Source: the human T2T-CHM13v2.0 reference genome, Homo sapiens. From it: DNA of 64,000 nucleotides. Below are positions 48,276-60,950 of this stretch, piece after piece. The position numbers were made by a program, and so were the translations under genes. Numbering within the stretch: the stretch's first letter is position 1; every line of letters begins with the position of its first letter. Below the pieces are notes generated by a model. The model saw nothing but the letters and a program-made list of their open reading frames with translations, had not been told where the DNA came from and did not search any database. Location: assembly GCF_009914755.1 (NCBI RefSeq), contig NC_060944.1, one strand, 5' to 3'.

Positions 48276-49508
48276 GGTCTCTGTTTTGCTGTTTCACTTT
48301 CCAGTGAGTTCTGTCCAGCAAGGCAGAGCCAGGAGTAAACAGCAGACATTGGTGGTCAGATAGGGGTGCACAGCTGGACAGAGGCCCCCACAGTCATACA
48401 CTTATGTAGCTTTTGTCACACTGGCAGAATAATCCTAGCAAGTAGAGATAATTACTTTGCAAGCTTAGGTATTTTTTATCTGGAATTGACTGCTACAAAC
48501 AGGACACATTGATGGTCTCAGGGAAAAAGTAGGCTGTTGATCAAGAGATAATGACTTTTCAGAGTAAAGCCTTGCGTGCTGTCTTTGAAGGCTGTGGGCG
48601 TGAAACATGATGCATAGCAGGGTTTGACAGTTTTGTTACAATCACCTAACCAGTGATTAACCACCATCAATAATTGCCATTTGTTGGGTAGGCACGAGGT
48701 GCCCCATTTATGGTTGAGAAAACAGGCTCAGGAAACTCCAGTAACTTGTCCCAGGTCCTGGAAATGATTGAGACTTTTGAACCCAGTTTTTGGGCCCAAA
48801 GCTTGTTGCTACCACACGTGTGGCCAGGGGCTGGTGCCCTCCCCTCTGCGATCTCACCTAATCCTCATTGTGCTTCTTCCCAGTTTTCATGAAAGAGGGA
48901 ACTGCCACCTTTTGGAAGAGGTGTCAGCTGCTGAGACAAGGAGAGCCCGGGCATGAGCTCGGGAGGGCTGGGTCCCAGCCCTTGGCTCTTTTCTGGGGAC
49001 CTTACTGCCCCTTATGGGGTGAATGTTCAATCTGGAGGGGACTCTTGGGTGGAAAATGCTTTCAGTGGGGCATTTTCCTTGTACACCTAACACGAATTAA
49101 GTATTCCAGTCTAACTGATGATTCTCAGCCAGATACCACAGAAACGGAGGAGGTGAGATGCACCCCACAGGGGGCCTCTTTAGCTGGGACTGCAGATGTC
49201 CTGGATGGGTTAGATGTGGGGCTGTGGTGCCCTGTGGTTCCCCAAGTAGTATTGGTTTGTGGGAGAATGTGCTGCTGGGTGGGTGGAGGGATGAGTGAGG
49301 GGGCGCCCCCGCCACCCCACCACCCTGAGACTTGGCCCCAGCTGTTCTCCCTGCCAGAACATTCTCCCTTCCTGCTTTGCCTGGTCAGTACCTTTGCATG
49401 CTTGGGACCACAGCTCAAGCTGTTTCTCCTCCAGGGGAGCCAGCCCTGACCCTTGACCTCATAGCACCATGCGCCCCATCTTCCAGCATTTACCACATTG
49501 CCCCACCT

Positions 49509-49872
49509 TGTTTAGTGGGTTGAATGGTGTCACCCCAAAATTCCCATCCACCTGGAACCTCAGAACATGACCTTGTTTGGAATACGGGTCTCTCAACTGC
49601 CATTAAGTTAAAGATCAAGCTGAGCTCATGCTGGATTCGGTTAGGCCCTGAATCCAATGACAGTGTCCATGTGACAGGCAGGACAGGACACACAGGGATG
49701 GGACTGATGCATCCACAGAACGCCAAGAATTTTCCGGGGGAGAGGCCTGGGACGGCATCTCCCTCACAGCCTCAGAAGGAACCAACGCTGCCAGCATCTT
49801 GATTTCAGACTTCTGGTCTCCAAAACTGTGAGAGTTGTTCTGTTGCTTTGGGCTGCCCAAGGAGCCATACAC
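49509..49872 (+). mobile_element. MLT1 (B/C-like) LTR
   Basis: gggttgaatggtgtcaccccaaaa...cagaacatgaccttgtttggaata...ccctcacagcctcagaaggaacca...ttgatttcagacttctggtctccaaaactgtgaga. Confidence 0.85.
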
Positions 49873-50786
49873 GCCTTGTCTGTTGGATGGTTTGCCTCTC
49901 TCTAACCACCTGCCCCCCAGACAGTAGTCCCTGAGAGACGGCCACACGTCTGTGTTCACTGTCAAATCCAAGTGCAGGCATAGTACAGGGCATACAGCAG
50001 GCACTCAGCAAGTGCAGATGATGGTTGGATGGATGAATGAATGAGTGAATGAATGCATGCGTGCTCTGAACCCTGTCCGTCTGCTTTCTGCATCTTTCTA
50101 CATCTCTGTAGATGAATCCAAATATTCAGTCTTTATGCAACATGGCCACATAAATTACAGTACAAAGTTTGAGGCAAAACTGTGCTACTTTGCATTTTGT
50201 TATTGTCTTTGTGATAGCTCCCTTTTTCCTCCATTGAAACCTAAAACCATTTAAAGTCCATTCAATTAGCCACCATCCACCTCATTTTATTCTGGCGAAT
50301 GTATAATTTGTTCCTGGCCCTCAATAACTTGGTAACCCAGAGAGTTTCCTGCCTCTCCCAAGCTTGGGAAGGTCGAGCCTCAGATGGCACAGGTCTTCAT
50401 TCTGACTCCACACGCCCTAAATTCTGGCGTTCTGTCCCCAGTCTGCGGACACTTCTGGCTTCCGCCCTGCCCTCAGTTGCAAGGACATCAGGGGATACTC
50501 TGACACTTATGCGTTTCCATAGGGACTGAATTGAGACTGGGAGGTGGAGGAGGGTAGTTCCGAGCTATGGGTCCTGGCCTGGCTTCTTCCTGCACAGACT
50601 ACATTTTGGTGACTTTGATTTAATTTTCTCAGTTCCTCTTTTTCCTTTTCCTTTGGGAAAAGGTTCATGTGCTTCAGCATGTGAACACTAGATGGTAGCA
50701 AAGAAGAAAGTCTCCTTACCTGGGCTTCCCTTGCTGCAGGAGGGACCCTGGCCCAACTGAGTCTCCACCCAAGGCAGGACTGCAGG

Positions 50787-50916
50787 TGTCTTAGTTCATC
50801 TGAGTGACTTATAAACCACAGAAATTTATTCGTCACTCTTCTAGAGGCTGGAAGTCCAAGATCAGGGTGCCGGCAGATTTGGTGTCTCTGATGAGGGCTT
50901 GCTTCCTGGTTCATAG
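50787..50916 (-). mobile_element. MLT1A-like LTR fragment
   Basis: cagaaatttattcgtcactcttctagaggctggaagtccaagatcagggtgccggcagatttggtgtct. Confidence 0.8.
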
Positions 50917-53565
50917 GCCAAATTCCTGGACTTTCTTGAAAAGTCTTCATCTCTGATCACCCTCTGAGTCACTACAGGCCCATTAAGGTGGGCAGGTTCT
51001 CCTCTGTGTGCTGTGGTCCCCACCCTGCCCCCATGGAGAAATTGCAGGAGGTCCTTTGCATTCCTGGGTTTCACCTGCCTGGTCCCTGGAGATGCGTTTA
51101 CCCCTCTCCCTTTTACCTCTCCTTTACCCCTGCTGTCACCTGGTCCAGTTGGTAACGCTCAACTCTGCGGGATGGGAGTCCCACAGCCTCTGCCAAGTGT
51201 AAGTGGAGCTGGGTGCGATGTGCTGTTCTCAGCCCCCACCTTTTCCTGGCAGCCTGCCCCTGAGGTGGCTTCTGAACCTCAGCTTCCTCATCTGTGAAAT
51301 GGGGGTGACAAGTGGTCCCCTGCACAAGCTGGGTGGGGCGAGCCAGGCAAAGCTCTATGGGGGCCGTGGGGGCAGTGCTGGTTGTCACATCTGTGATTGA
51401 CAGTGGGTCAGAGACCTGGGTGGGATCCCAGCTCCACCAAGCTGAGCGAGAGCAGGCAAACCACGCTGCCTCAGTTTCCCTATTTGTACAAGAGGGCTAG
51501 TGATTCCTTCCTCATGGGGCTGGGGTGAGAAGTAGAGGCAATGATGGTTAGAGACAGAGGGGCTGGGGGATGCTGCGTGTCACCTGCGTGTGCTCAGGAG
51601 TGGGGCACTGTCCTGAGCAGGAGCAGCCTGGGGAGGCTGAGGCCAGTGGGGAGAGGACAGCGCAGTGTGCAGAAGCTGGGGATGGGTCTCCCTGCAGCCC
51701 CTGCCCTGCCTGGCCACTTCTTGCATGGCTGGCTCCTTGTCATTTCTCAGGTCTCAGCTCAAAGTTTCCCTCTGCAGAGCAGCCTTTCCTGACCTCCCTC
51801 TCCCAAACCAGCTACCACCTCCCCCCGACCAGCCCAGTACTCTCAGCCCACCTGCGTGGTGCCCTCTCGCCCCCCTCCCTCCACCACTCTCTCTCCCAGC
51901 CCTTTTCTCTCCCTCTCCTTCTGTCTCCTTCTCTATTCTACAATCATCTGCTCTCTTTCTGTCTGCCTGGCCTCTGTCTGTCTCCACCAGCTGACGGCAG
52001 GGCCTGGCCCGTTTCCCTGTGGCCTGGCCTTGTGTGGCCAAGCAGGTGCTTGTAGAGAAAGCGAAATAACTAAAGTCCTCCACGAGGTTTACAGTTTCCT
52101 TTTGGGTTTTGAGGAATACTTTTTATTGATGCTGTCCACATCCCAGGATTGTATTGGAAGTTTGTTTCTGGTTTTTAGGGAATGGGGTAGTTTAGATCTG
52201 GTTGTTTTGCTGGTGGGATTAAAGGGATCTGGTGTTTGCACCAGTCCTGCCAGGACGCTTTTGGAATGAGAGTTTGTGCTGAACACCTAAGAGCTTCTGG
52301 GCCTGTGCCAGCTGCTAGGCTCCTGAAAAGGAGCTGATGGTCTCATTTTACAGGCAAGTAGGCTAAGCCTTTGAGAGCTTCAGTGACTTGCCCAGAGTCT
52401 TGCATACTGGGAAATGGCAGATCAAGACCAGAGGCCAAATCTGCAGAAGACAAAGCCCATGCTCTCTGCTCTTCCGGGCACCTGACACCCTGCTGGCCCG
52501 GAGCACATGCAGGAGACTGTCATTGATGGAAGGAGGGGGTGTCCCACTCATTTAGACTTGAATGAGCAAAGCCTGTTTAGAATCATCTTCAAAGTCATTT
52601 CATGTACACAAGTGTTTATTGCCCGTGTTTTAAGTGCCAGGCCTGGGGAAACTGTAGGAAGGAAGGTGGACACAGGCCTGCCCAGGAGCAAGAAACAGAC
52701 TGGGCAGCGTGATTCACTCCAAGTAAGAGGAAAAGTGTCAGGGCAGGCTCAGGTCCCAGGGGACAGGAGACGAGGGATCTGATCATGGCCTCTCTAAGGA
52801 AATGGTATTCTAGCAGAGGAGCGGGGAAGCATTTCAGGCAGAAAGAACAGCCCATGCAAAGACTCAGGTTGGAGGGAGTGTGGTGCCTTCAAAGACGGGA
52901 GAGATCTTCACATGCTGGAGTGAAGAGAGTGAGGTGGAGATGCAGCTAGGGAGCCGAGTGGGGCCACCCCCAGGGGCCTTGAGACTGGGCCATGAGTTCG
53001 AATCATGTCCTAAGGAAGATGGGAGAGTGATCCAATTCACCTTCTGGGGTGATCCTCCTGGCAGAGATACAGGGAGAGGGTTGGAGCCCAGAAATTTATT
53101 CCTTACTGTTCTGGGGGCTGGAAGTGCAAGCCCAAGGTGCTGGAACAGATGCTGTGGGGAGGGCAGAGCGGACCATGGTGCTCATCCAGGCTGAAGGGTG
53201 GCTGCACAGATTCTTCCGGGTTTCCCAAGAACAAGAAGCAGCTTCAGGAAGCTGAATTCATAGCAGAGAAGCAGGAAGGAGGCTTTTCTAAGCCCAGCGC
53301 CCTGCAGGGAGGATGCTGGTGCTGGTGTCTGCAAGGCTTGGCCCCTAACAGGGTTTGCCCTACAGATGGAGCAGAACTGGACAGAGATGCACCCTGGCCT
53401 CTAGCTTTGGGAGCAGGGATCCCGGTCCAGCATCTTGGCATTAGTTGGGGCCCCTCCTGGAGGTGCAGGGGAGCGTCCTTTCCGCTCATGGTCCCCAGTC
53501 TCAGCAAAACCCTTGGTCCCAGCTCCTGAAGACCTATGTTCTTGCTGCTTCCTCCCACACCCCAG

Positions 53566-53740
53566 GCCAAGCCACACTCTTCCAAGCCTCCAGCATGAAG
53601 AGTGCCGACCCTTCCCTCCGGGGCCAGCTCTCCACACCCACGGGGTCTCCGCATCTCACCACGGTCCACCGGCCTCTTCCCCCAAGCCGCGTCATTGAGG
53701 AGCTGCACAGGGCGCTGGCCACGAAGCACCGCCAGGACAG
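53566..53740 (+). CDS. PHACTR3: PHACTR3 coding exon 6 (175 nt, phase 1-2): (G)QATLFQASSMKSADPSLRGQLSTPTGSPHLTTVHRPLPPSRVIEELHRALATKHRQD
   Basis: Acceptor cttcctcccacaccccAG at 53564-65, donor ACAG|GTGAGG at 53741; PHACTR-family motif PPSRVIEELHRAL. Confidence 0.96.
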
Positions 53741-54529
53741 GTGAGGCCCTGCCCCATGAGGGAGACCTGTGCTGCCAGAATCCCTGCCTGGCCAGCCTCA
53801 GGCTGTGCAGCTCATGCCACGCCCAGGGCCTTGGCTGGGTGTCCCGTTCTACAGTCACTTTCTGAACAAGGAAGTCACATTTTCATTTTGCACCTCGCTC
53901 TGCAGATTGCATAGCTGATCTTGGTTCCCACATTCTGGGACGGGGTGCACAGTGAATGTGCACTGTGGGAACCTGGCCACAAAGTCCTGTGCGTGAGCCC
54001 CTCAGGACCCAGGGTGGGGTGGGAGCTTTGCAGGAGAGACTGACTTAGAGAAAAGTGGCCGTTCCACTTTGTCCCAGGACACTGAGGGCTTCATAGTTGT
54101 CACTGGGCAAGAGTGTAAGGCAGCCTGTGCCTGCAGCTTACTCTTATTTTGGATCACATGTGTCTCATGGACTGTGAAAGATTAGAGGTAAAATAGGTAA
54201 TAGGAGACAGTATGGGTTGGAGGAATATTAGACAAACAAAATGTCCTTCTCAGTTTTTGTGAAGTCCTCGCCCTGAACATTGATTGCATGTATTTTGGCA
54301 GGTTTTATTACTTGCATGTTCTGTGCTTTTCAAAACAGCATGTTGTAAACAGCCATTTGCCTTGAACTCAAATCCTCATGCTCCTTCTGGTGTGTCCAGG
54401 ATAAAAACCAAGAGGTCACATGCATTTTGGGGCTGCCTCTGTGATATTCATTATAAGCTCCAAAGTCAATCGTGCTGGGTTTCTGGGTGAAGGGGGTGAC
54501 CTATAACCTGAACCATCTTTCTGGTTTAG

Positions 54530-54777
54530 TTTTCAAGGAAGAGAAAGTAAAGGGTCTCCAAAGAAGCGGCTGGATGTCCGTCTGTCGAGAACGTCCAGCG
54601 TGGAGCGGGGCAAGGAGAGGGAGGAGGCTTGGAGCTTTGACGGGGCATTGGAGAACAAGCGAACTGCCGCTAAGGAATCTGAGGAGAACAAGGAGAACCT
54701 GATCATAAATTCTGAACTCAAAGACGACTTGCTTTTGTATCAGGACGAGGAGGCGCTGAACGACTCCATTATTTCTG
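54530..54777 (+). CDS. PHACTR3: PHACTR3 coding exon 7 (248 nt, phase 2-1): (S)FQGRESKGSPKKRLDVRLSRTSSVERGKEREEAWSFDGALENKRTAAKESEENKENLIINSELKDDLLLYQDEEALNDSIIS
   Basis: Acceptor ctttctggtttAG at 54528-29, donor TCTG|GTGAGG at 54778; phase matches exon 6 (AG|T = Ser). Confidence 0.96.
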
Positions 54778-56125
54778 GTGAGGAAAGGATGGCCCATTAA
54801 GTGTGGGGATCTCGGCCAGAGGTCTAGTGTCACCAGGGGGTCGAGGACAGAGCTCGTGCCTGGGGGAGGAACAGGTCGAGGGGCTGCACCTGGGGAGAAA
54901 CAAGAGGGGGGCTGTGTCCTCTGGAAATGAGCTTCTCCTGAAACAAGCTGGGGTGGGGGTGCACAGCCAGGCTTAGAGCAAGGAACTAGAAAATACCCCG
55001 GTGAAATTGTTTTGAGAGTTGCATATTAGTTTTCATGTGTATGTGAAAAAAAAAAACAACATAAAAGTGGTGAAGCAAGTGACTTAGAGAATGCCACCCC
55101 TGAGGATGCTGTGGCGAACAGTATATAGTTGGTGTACAGATGCTCAGTGTACAGAAGTTATAGCAAAAACAAAAACAAAAAAAAACTGTAACAAGTAAAG
55201 CAGGACGAGATGGAAGCAGGGGGAGAGGGAGGAAGAGAGATTGCTCTATTGATCTCAAATGGCCGTCTCAGAAGTGCTGTGGATGGGACAGGCAGCATAC
55301 GCTTGTTTGGGAGCAGATGCTCACAGGGTCCTTGGAAGCCAGCTCCGTATTTGTCCTCATGGTGCGTTCTCGAGGTCAGAGTAATTGCTCCATCCTACCC
55401 TTGAGGACTCCGGGGCTCGGGACGATAGAGGCCTGCAGACAACCCTGTGATGAAGGGAGGAGGCTCAGGCCAGGAGGAGGAAGTGCTGAGGGGGTTTCCC
55501 TCCCAGCTGGTACTGGCTGTGCGGGGCCCTCTGATTAGTCCCGGGAAGGTCCAGGGCGGCCGTGGTGTTTGGCCTGCAAGGGAAGGATCAGGAAGCGTCC
55601 GTTGCTGTTCTTCCTGGAAGCATCTCATGGTGACTGTTGCGGGCATGGGCAAAGCTCAGGCCACGTCTCCCTGGGTGTCTGTGGGGAGCAGGAAAGGGCA
55701 TCAGATGTCGGTGCTGACCCTGGCTGGTACTGAAGGCATGCTGTGGGTACTGTGATGGGTGGACAGACCGGCAGCCCAGGGCTCCATAGCCTCCCGCTTC
55801 CTGCTGCTTTGGAGCCTTTCCACCGGGTCCGAGGAAGCAATTCTGAGTATGTGGCTGCACAACATGAAAGGGGTGGGGGTGCTGTCACCTGTGCGTTTGG
55901 AGGAGGCTGACTGCCACCGCGGAACCAGTGTCTTTGTGGCAGAAACTAGGAGCTGGTCACTGGCCTGAGGGCACCAACCTCTCTGAAGAGGCTGGAGCCT
56001 GTGGTGTTCCCAAACTCGTTAGGCCCTGGAATCCTTGCCCTTAAACACCTGTGAGCCTCCAGCAGGAGGGTACTATGAGGGTGCACTTCTGAGTAGAGCT
56101 GGTGTTGGGATGGTCAAGGGCTAGA

Positions 56126-56328
56126 GCACGGTCCCTCAGCCTCAGCGCTGGTGGCAAGAGGCCAGGCGATTCTCTGCTGGGGAGGGGGCTGTCCTGGACA
56201 CATTAGGATATTCTGCAGCATCCCTGGCCTGTCCACACTGGATTCCCCCAGTGAAGACAAACTAAAATGTCTCCAGACTTGGCCAGATGCCCCTGAGGGG
56301 CAGAATCACCCCCAGCTGAGAATCACTG
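56126..56328 (-). mobile_element. MER20 (hAT-Charlie)
   Basis: gcagcatccctggcct...aaaatgtctccagacttggccagatgcccctgaggggcagaatcacccccagctgagaatcactg. Confidence 0.88.
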
Positions 56329-56449
56329 GCCTAGTCTGTGCCCTTGGTTTGGGGGTGCCCTTCCATAAGTCCCTTATCCACTCCAGGACACAATGCTTTC
56401 ATTGGTGAAGAGGGAGATGGGAACTGCTTCCTCTTGACATTGACAATGT

Positions 56450-56690
56450 CAGCAGCCAGGGCCCCTTACTGGGTGTTTCTTGTGTCCGGGATGCTGGTCT
56501 AAGGTTGTGACAAGAAAGGTTTTATCCTCACAGGAGCCCCATGAGGCTGATGACATCATAGTCCTTATTTTACAGATGTGTAAACTGAGGCATAGGGAGG
56601 CCATGTAACTGGCCATGGTCATGCAGCTCGTTGGTGCCAGGCTGGGACTTGAACCCAGGCTGCCAGCGCCAGCTTTCCGCTCTGTGCTAG
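56450..56690 (-). mobile_element. MIR SINE
   Basis: attttacagatgtgtaaactgaggcatagggagg...ctgggacttgaacccagg. Confidence 0.75.
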
Positions 56691-57021
56691 ACCCTCTCTG
56701 AGGATGAGTGGATTAATCCATGTCAGCCCTTGGCACAGGGCCTGGCTCAGGGTGCACCTCGGAGAGCACTTCTTCCTGTCCTCACCAGCCACACGGGGAG
56801 GATAGGACAGCCCCTGGGGAGGAGAGCCTCTGGCCCAGAAGGGTCTCCCAGCTTGACTTTCCTTTAGGGCATTGTTAGGCCATCCAGATGCAGTGTCCTC
56901 ACGCCTGGCGTTAAAGGTATAATGCAGTCATTTTATTTAAACACAGAAGAGGATGGGAATCTGCATTTCACCTCTCGGGAGCCTCAGGCCTGGCCCGGAT
57001 ATGACCTCAAAACCCTCTGTG

Positions 57022-57069
57022 GCAGCGTGGTTGAGCCAGCAGCGTGGTTGAGCCAGCAGCGTGGTTGAG
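57022..57069. repeat. 17-bp tandem (GCAGCGTGGTTGAGCCA) x2.8
   Basis: Direct reading. Confidence 0.92.
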
Positions 57070-57224
57070 ACACAGAGTTTCTGCACTGGAGACGGCATCA
57101 AAGCACATCTAGCAGCACCCTTGGCTCCCGCCTCTGTCCCTCCCGCCCAGTGCCTTCCTTCTCTGATTGAGTGCTCTGCACAGGGACGCCTCCTGCTCAG
57201 CCAGGTGGCCTGGTCACGGCCAGC

Positions 57225-57655
57225 TGTGTTAGCCTCTTGTGGCTGTTGTAACACCTTATCATCTGCTGGGTGGCTTATGACCACAGAATTTACTCTTCTG
57301 CAGTTCTAGAAGCTAGAAATCCAAAATCAAAGTGTGGGTAGGGTCGTGCTCCCTGCGAGTGCTCCAAGGAGGAGCCATTCTCTTCCAGTTTCTGGTGGTT
57401 CCTGCATTCTTGGCCTGAGAATCCCAGCTCTGCCTCCGTGGGCACATAGCTGCCTCCTCTCCCTCCTTCCTCTCCCCTTCATATGAGGATAGTAGTATTG
57501 CAGGCAGGGCCCATCTGGATAATCCTGGATGATCTCCTCATCTAGAGATTAACTTAATTACTTCTGCAAAGATCCGATTTCCAAATAAGGTCACTTTCAC
57601 AGGTTCTGGGGATTTGGACTTGGCACATCTTTTAGAGAACCCCCTTTCAACCCCC
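57225..57655 (-). mobile_element. MLT1C-like LTR
   Basis: cagttctagaagctagaaatccaaaatcaaagtgt...ttccaaataaggtcactttcacaggttctgggg. Confidence 0.85.
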
Positions 57656-60595
57656 TGATTCCACTCCTCTTGGTTAACTCGTTCCTCTTCTCATTGAGCT
57701 AAAGCTAGGCTCTGGGATTTGACCCACAAAGTCCCCTCCATCCCTGAGATCTCTGTGGCTGGGCCGGTCCATGGCCTCCAACAGAATGTGCTGTGAAGCT
57801 TGGACTTGGCCCTGGGCAGGTCCCTCCCCTGTCCCTGCCCCATTTCCTTGTTGTCAGACGAAGGCCCTCATTGTTGGCTTCTATGACAACACTGAACCTT
57901 CCTTCCTAGCTGGGACACAGTTGCAGATTCACACTAATTCTTGTCATTCTCTATTCTCTGTCTCTTTGCTACCTATCAATTACTTATTGTTGACTGTCTA
58001 ATTTTGTCTGTATGAGGGATCATGCTGGTATCTGTCTGTGTCCCGTGGTGTGTCCATCATCCCAGGGTACCTGGTTCTAAGAGTCAGTAAGCACCTGTTG
58101 GTTGTGTGGCTTTAAACACATCTGTGACCCTGATGAATCTGATTTGTCCCTCCAGCCGATGGCCCCTGAGCTCCAGGGTGTCTCTGTGGACTCTACGCAT
58201 GCGTCCACGTGGGGACTGGTGTGCATTGCATAGCTTACATCTCCAGATCTCGGTTCCCATCTGCGCCCTGGGCTGGGACTCTTCTCCATTTCAATCAATA
58301 CATCTAAGCCTCCTGTGAAGCTTTTGGCTTTGTGCTGATGTCCAGATGACCCTGAAGTCCTCTCTGTTCCCCTTGGAGCAGTTCGCGGGTCCAGCCGACT
58401 CCCTCTTCTCTGGCAATGGTTTGCTGTGCTCTCCTGCCTGGACTTGGCCTCCAGGCGGTCTCTCTGTGCCACCATTGCCCCATTTCTAGTTCATTCTCCA
58501 CACAGGTGGCCACAGGACCAGGGTCTCATAGAAGTTGGATAATGTCACCTCTTGCTCAAATCCCTCCAGTGGCTCCCTGAGGCACTGAATGCCACATCCT
58601 CCCTAGTGCCTGTGGCCCCACCCCATGTGGCCTGCCTCCCTCTCCCGGCTCGCCTCTCCCTTGGACCCAGCCCATGGGCCTCCTTGATGGTCCTCACACC
58701 CCAACCACAGTCCCTGAGACTCTTGCTGTCCCTGGAGGTGTGCAAGGCTCCACCGCGTTTAAAACATCGCTCAGTGCAGGAAGCCACCTGGCCGCTGTGT
58801 GGCAACACTTGGCCCCTTCTTCTCACCCAACCTTATTTCCCCTACGGCAGCGTCCCTGACGCCAATACCATTGGCTTTGCCCATGCAGCCTCTCTACCAG
58901 CACATGGGCTCCGCGAGACCAAGTCTTCACCTCTGTAGTTCTTACTGTGCGCACAGCTCACGAGTGCTAAGTGCAAAATAAATATCAGTTACATGAATGA
59001 GCCAGAATGGGCCAATGGGGGATTAGAGAAGCCAGTGCCTGTAAAGTACTAACAGGTGCCAGGTCCAGGGAGCCCTCATCCCTGGACTGTTTCTCCCATG
59101 GCGTGGCTCAGACCTGAGCCTCTTGTTATTTGTTCTCGAAACCCAGTGTCTGTAAGTGAACACGGATTTTGAGCTGGGGTCTGAGAGTGGGGGAAGGTAG
59201 CACTCATTGTAGAAACTCATTCTGGAAACTGCTGTCGTGAACGTGGCCCAGGCCCACCGCTGTCTGCACCGTGCAATGTGTTACATGGGGTGTCATCTGC
59301 AAGCCCTGGGTGAGGCCCCCTTTCCTCCATGGGCCTTTTGTGGGCCAAGGTCAGGATTCCTGTCTGACCCTGAGAAACTCCTTGTTGAGGGCTGGGCTCA
59401 TTGCACAAACTGGCAGGTATGTCTGAGGTGCAGCCTCCAGCCATTTGCAAATTGAGGCTTCTGTGTGCTGGTCCCAGGGTATAGAGTCTAGGGTCCCTGA
59501 AGCCCTGAAATCAAGTGCAGAAAGCAGTGCTTTGCTTTTGTCACATTCTCAACTGTGTCCCCAATGCTCCAGAAGTGATAGATCTCTGAGATAAAATGCT
59601 GTGGGAAAATTCAATATTGGTCATACAGAAAGTATATAAATGTTGCTTTTTGGGGGGAAAATTACTCACAGTAGGAAAGGCCTGTAAGAGTATTTTGCTT
59701 TGCCTGGTGCAGACAATGGTGAATAATGGTTGTTATTTGCTTCTCTCTGCAGTGTGTTGAGTTCAAACCCCATTCCCACTGTCTCGCCTGATACATTGTT
59801 TTCACATCTCCATGGGGTGAAAGCAGAAAGCACCAGGCAGCAAATTAATCAATTATTAATCGCAACAACTACTATTTTATTCATTTATTCATTTATTCTC
59901 CCTCTCTCCCTCTCTTTCCCCTGTTGAGGGAGGTTTGGCAGACGTTGTCTTATCCCATGTGAAAAAGAAAATTTTTGTTATCAAACGTTTTTGTGAACTT
60001 CAGTTCTCTATTAGAATGGAGAATGCATCTGCATGAGAATTTAATTTTTGGAAATGGTGGAGGCCCTATGCCCACGTGCACATGCGTGCCCACACACACA
60101 GGCTTGCACATGGGGTGCCTTCGTGGGTATGCCTGGTCAGCGGTGGGTGAGCAGGGCCTTGCACTCATTCTCCAGTCATCAAAAGCAAATTTTATGAGAA
60201 ACAGTCTTTGTGTTGTCACTGCCCCAAGATTTAAGTTTTAAAACCTGTCAAGAAAAAGATGTTTGTGTTTTGTCTTTTCTCTGTGCTGAACCCAAGAGTC
60301 ATGACCACACCTGTCTGGTTTTTCACAGTGTCCCAGCTCTGGGCGCAGTAGAAACACGTGATGAGGGGGAGCGAGGGACTGAGGGGCTGCTATGGGAATC
60401 CGGGCTGCAAGGGAAGAACCTACTGATGGAAGGAAGCTGACTTCTCCAGAGCCCCCCAGCTGCCTGTGCTGCTCCTCCTCCTGCAGACAGCTTCTCCCAC
60501 GTGTTCATGACAGCAAGGCTGCAGGCTAGGACTCACCACTGTGTCTCACCTGGGCCCATGTAAGGACAGCACAGGCCCTCCACTTCATCCATGCT

Positions 60596-60950
60596 GTAGT
60601 CTTAGTCCCTTTGAGCTGTCATAACAAAATCCCTAGACTGGGTGTCTTATAAACAACAGAAATTCATTCCTCACAGTTCCAGAGACAGGGAAGTCCAAGA
60701 TCAAGGTTCTGACACGTGGGGTTTGGCAAGGCCCCACTTTCTCATAGGTGGTGCCTTCTATGTGTCCTCACATGGCAGAAGGGGCCACAGAGCTCTCTAA
60801 GGCCCCTTTCCTAAGGGTACCAATCCCATTGGTGAGGGTTCCACCTAATGATCTAATCACCTTCCAAGACCCTACCCCCCGAATACCATCACATTGGGGT
60901 TAGGCTTCAACATAGGAATTTTGGGGGACACAAACATCTGGCCCCTGGCA
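60596..60950 (-). mobile_element. MLT1A0-like LTR
   Basis: cttagtcc...ataacaaaat...agactgggtgtcttataaacaacagaaatt...aataccatcacattgggg...gaattttgggggacacaaacat. Confidence 0.88.

Noticed and set aside
48868-49449. 193-aa plus-strand ORF in intron 5
   Set aside because: Non-ATG start, no homology I recognise, and no fit to the PHACTR3 exon phases.
53244-53858. 204-aa antisense ORF over exon 6 (also 47228-47734 over exon 5 and 35332-35712 over exon 4)
   Set aside because: Shadow ORFs opposite GC-rich coding exons, with no independent coding features.
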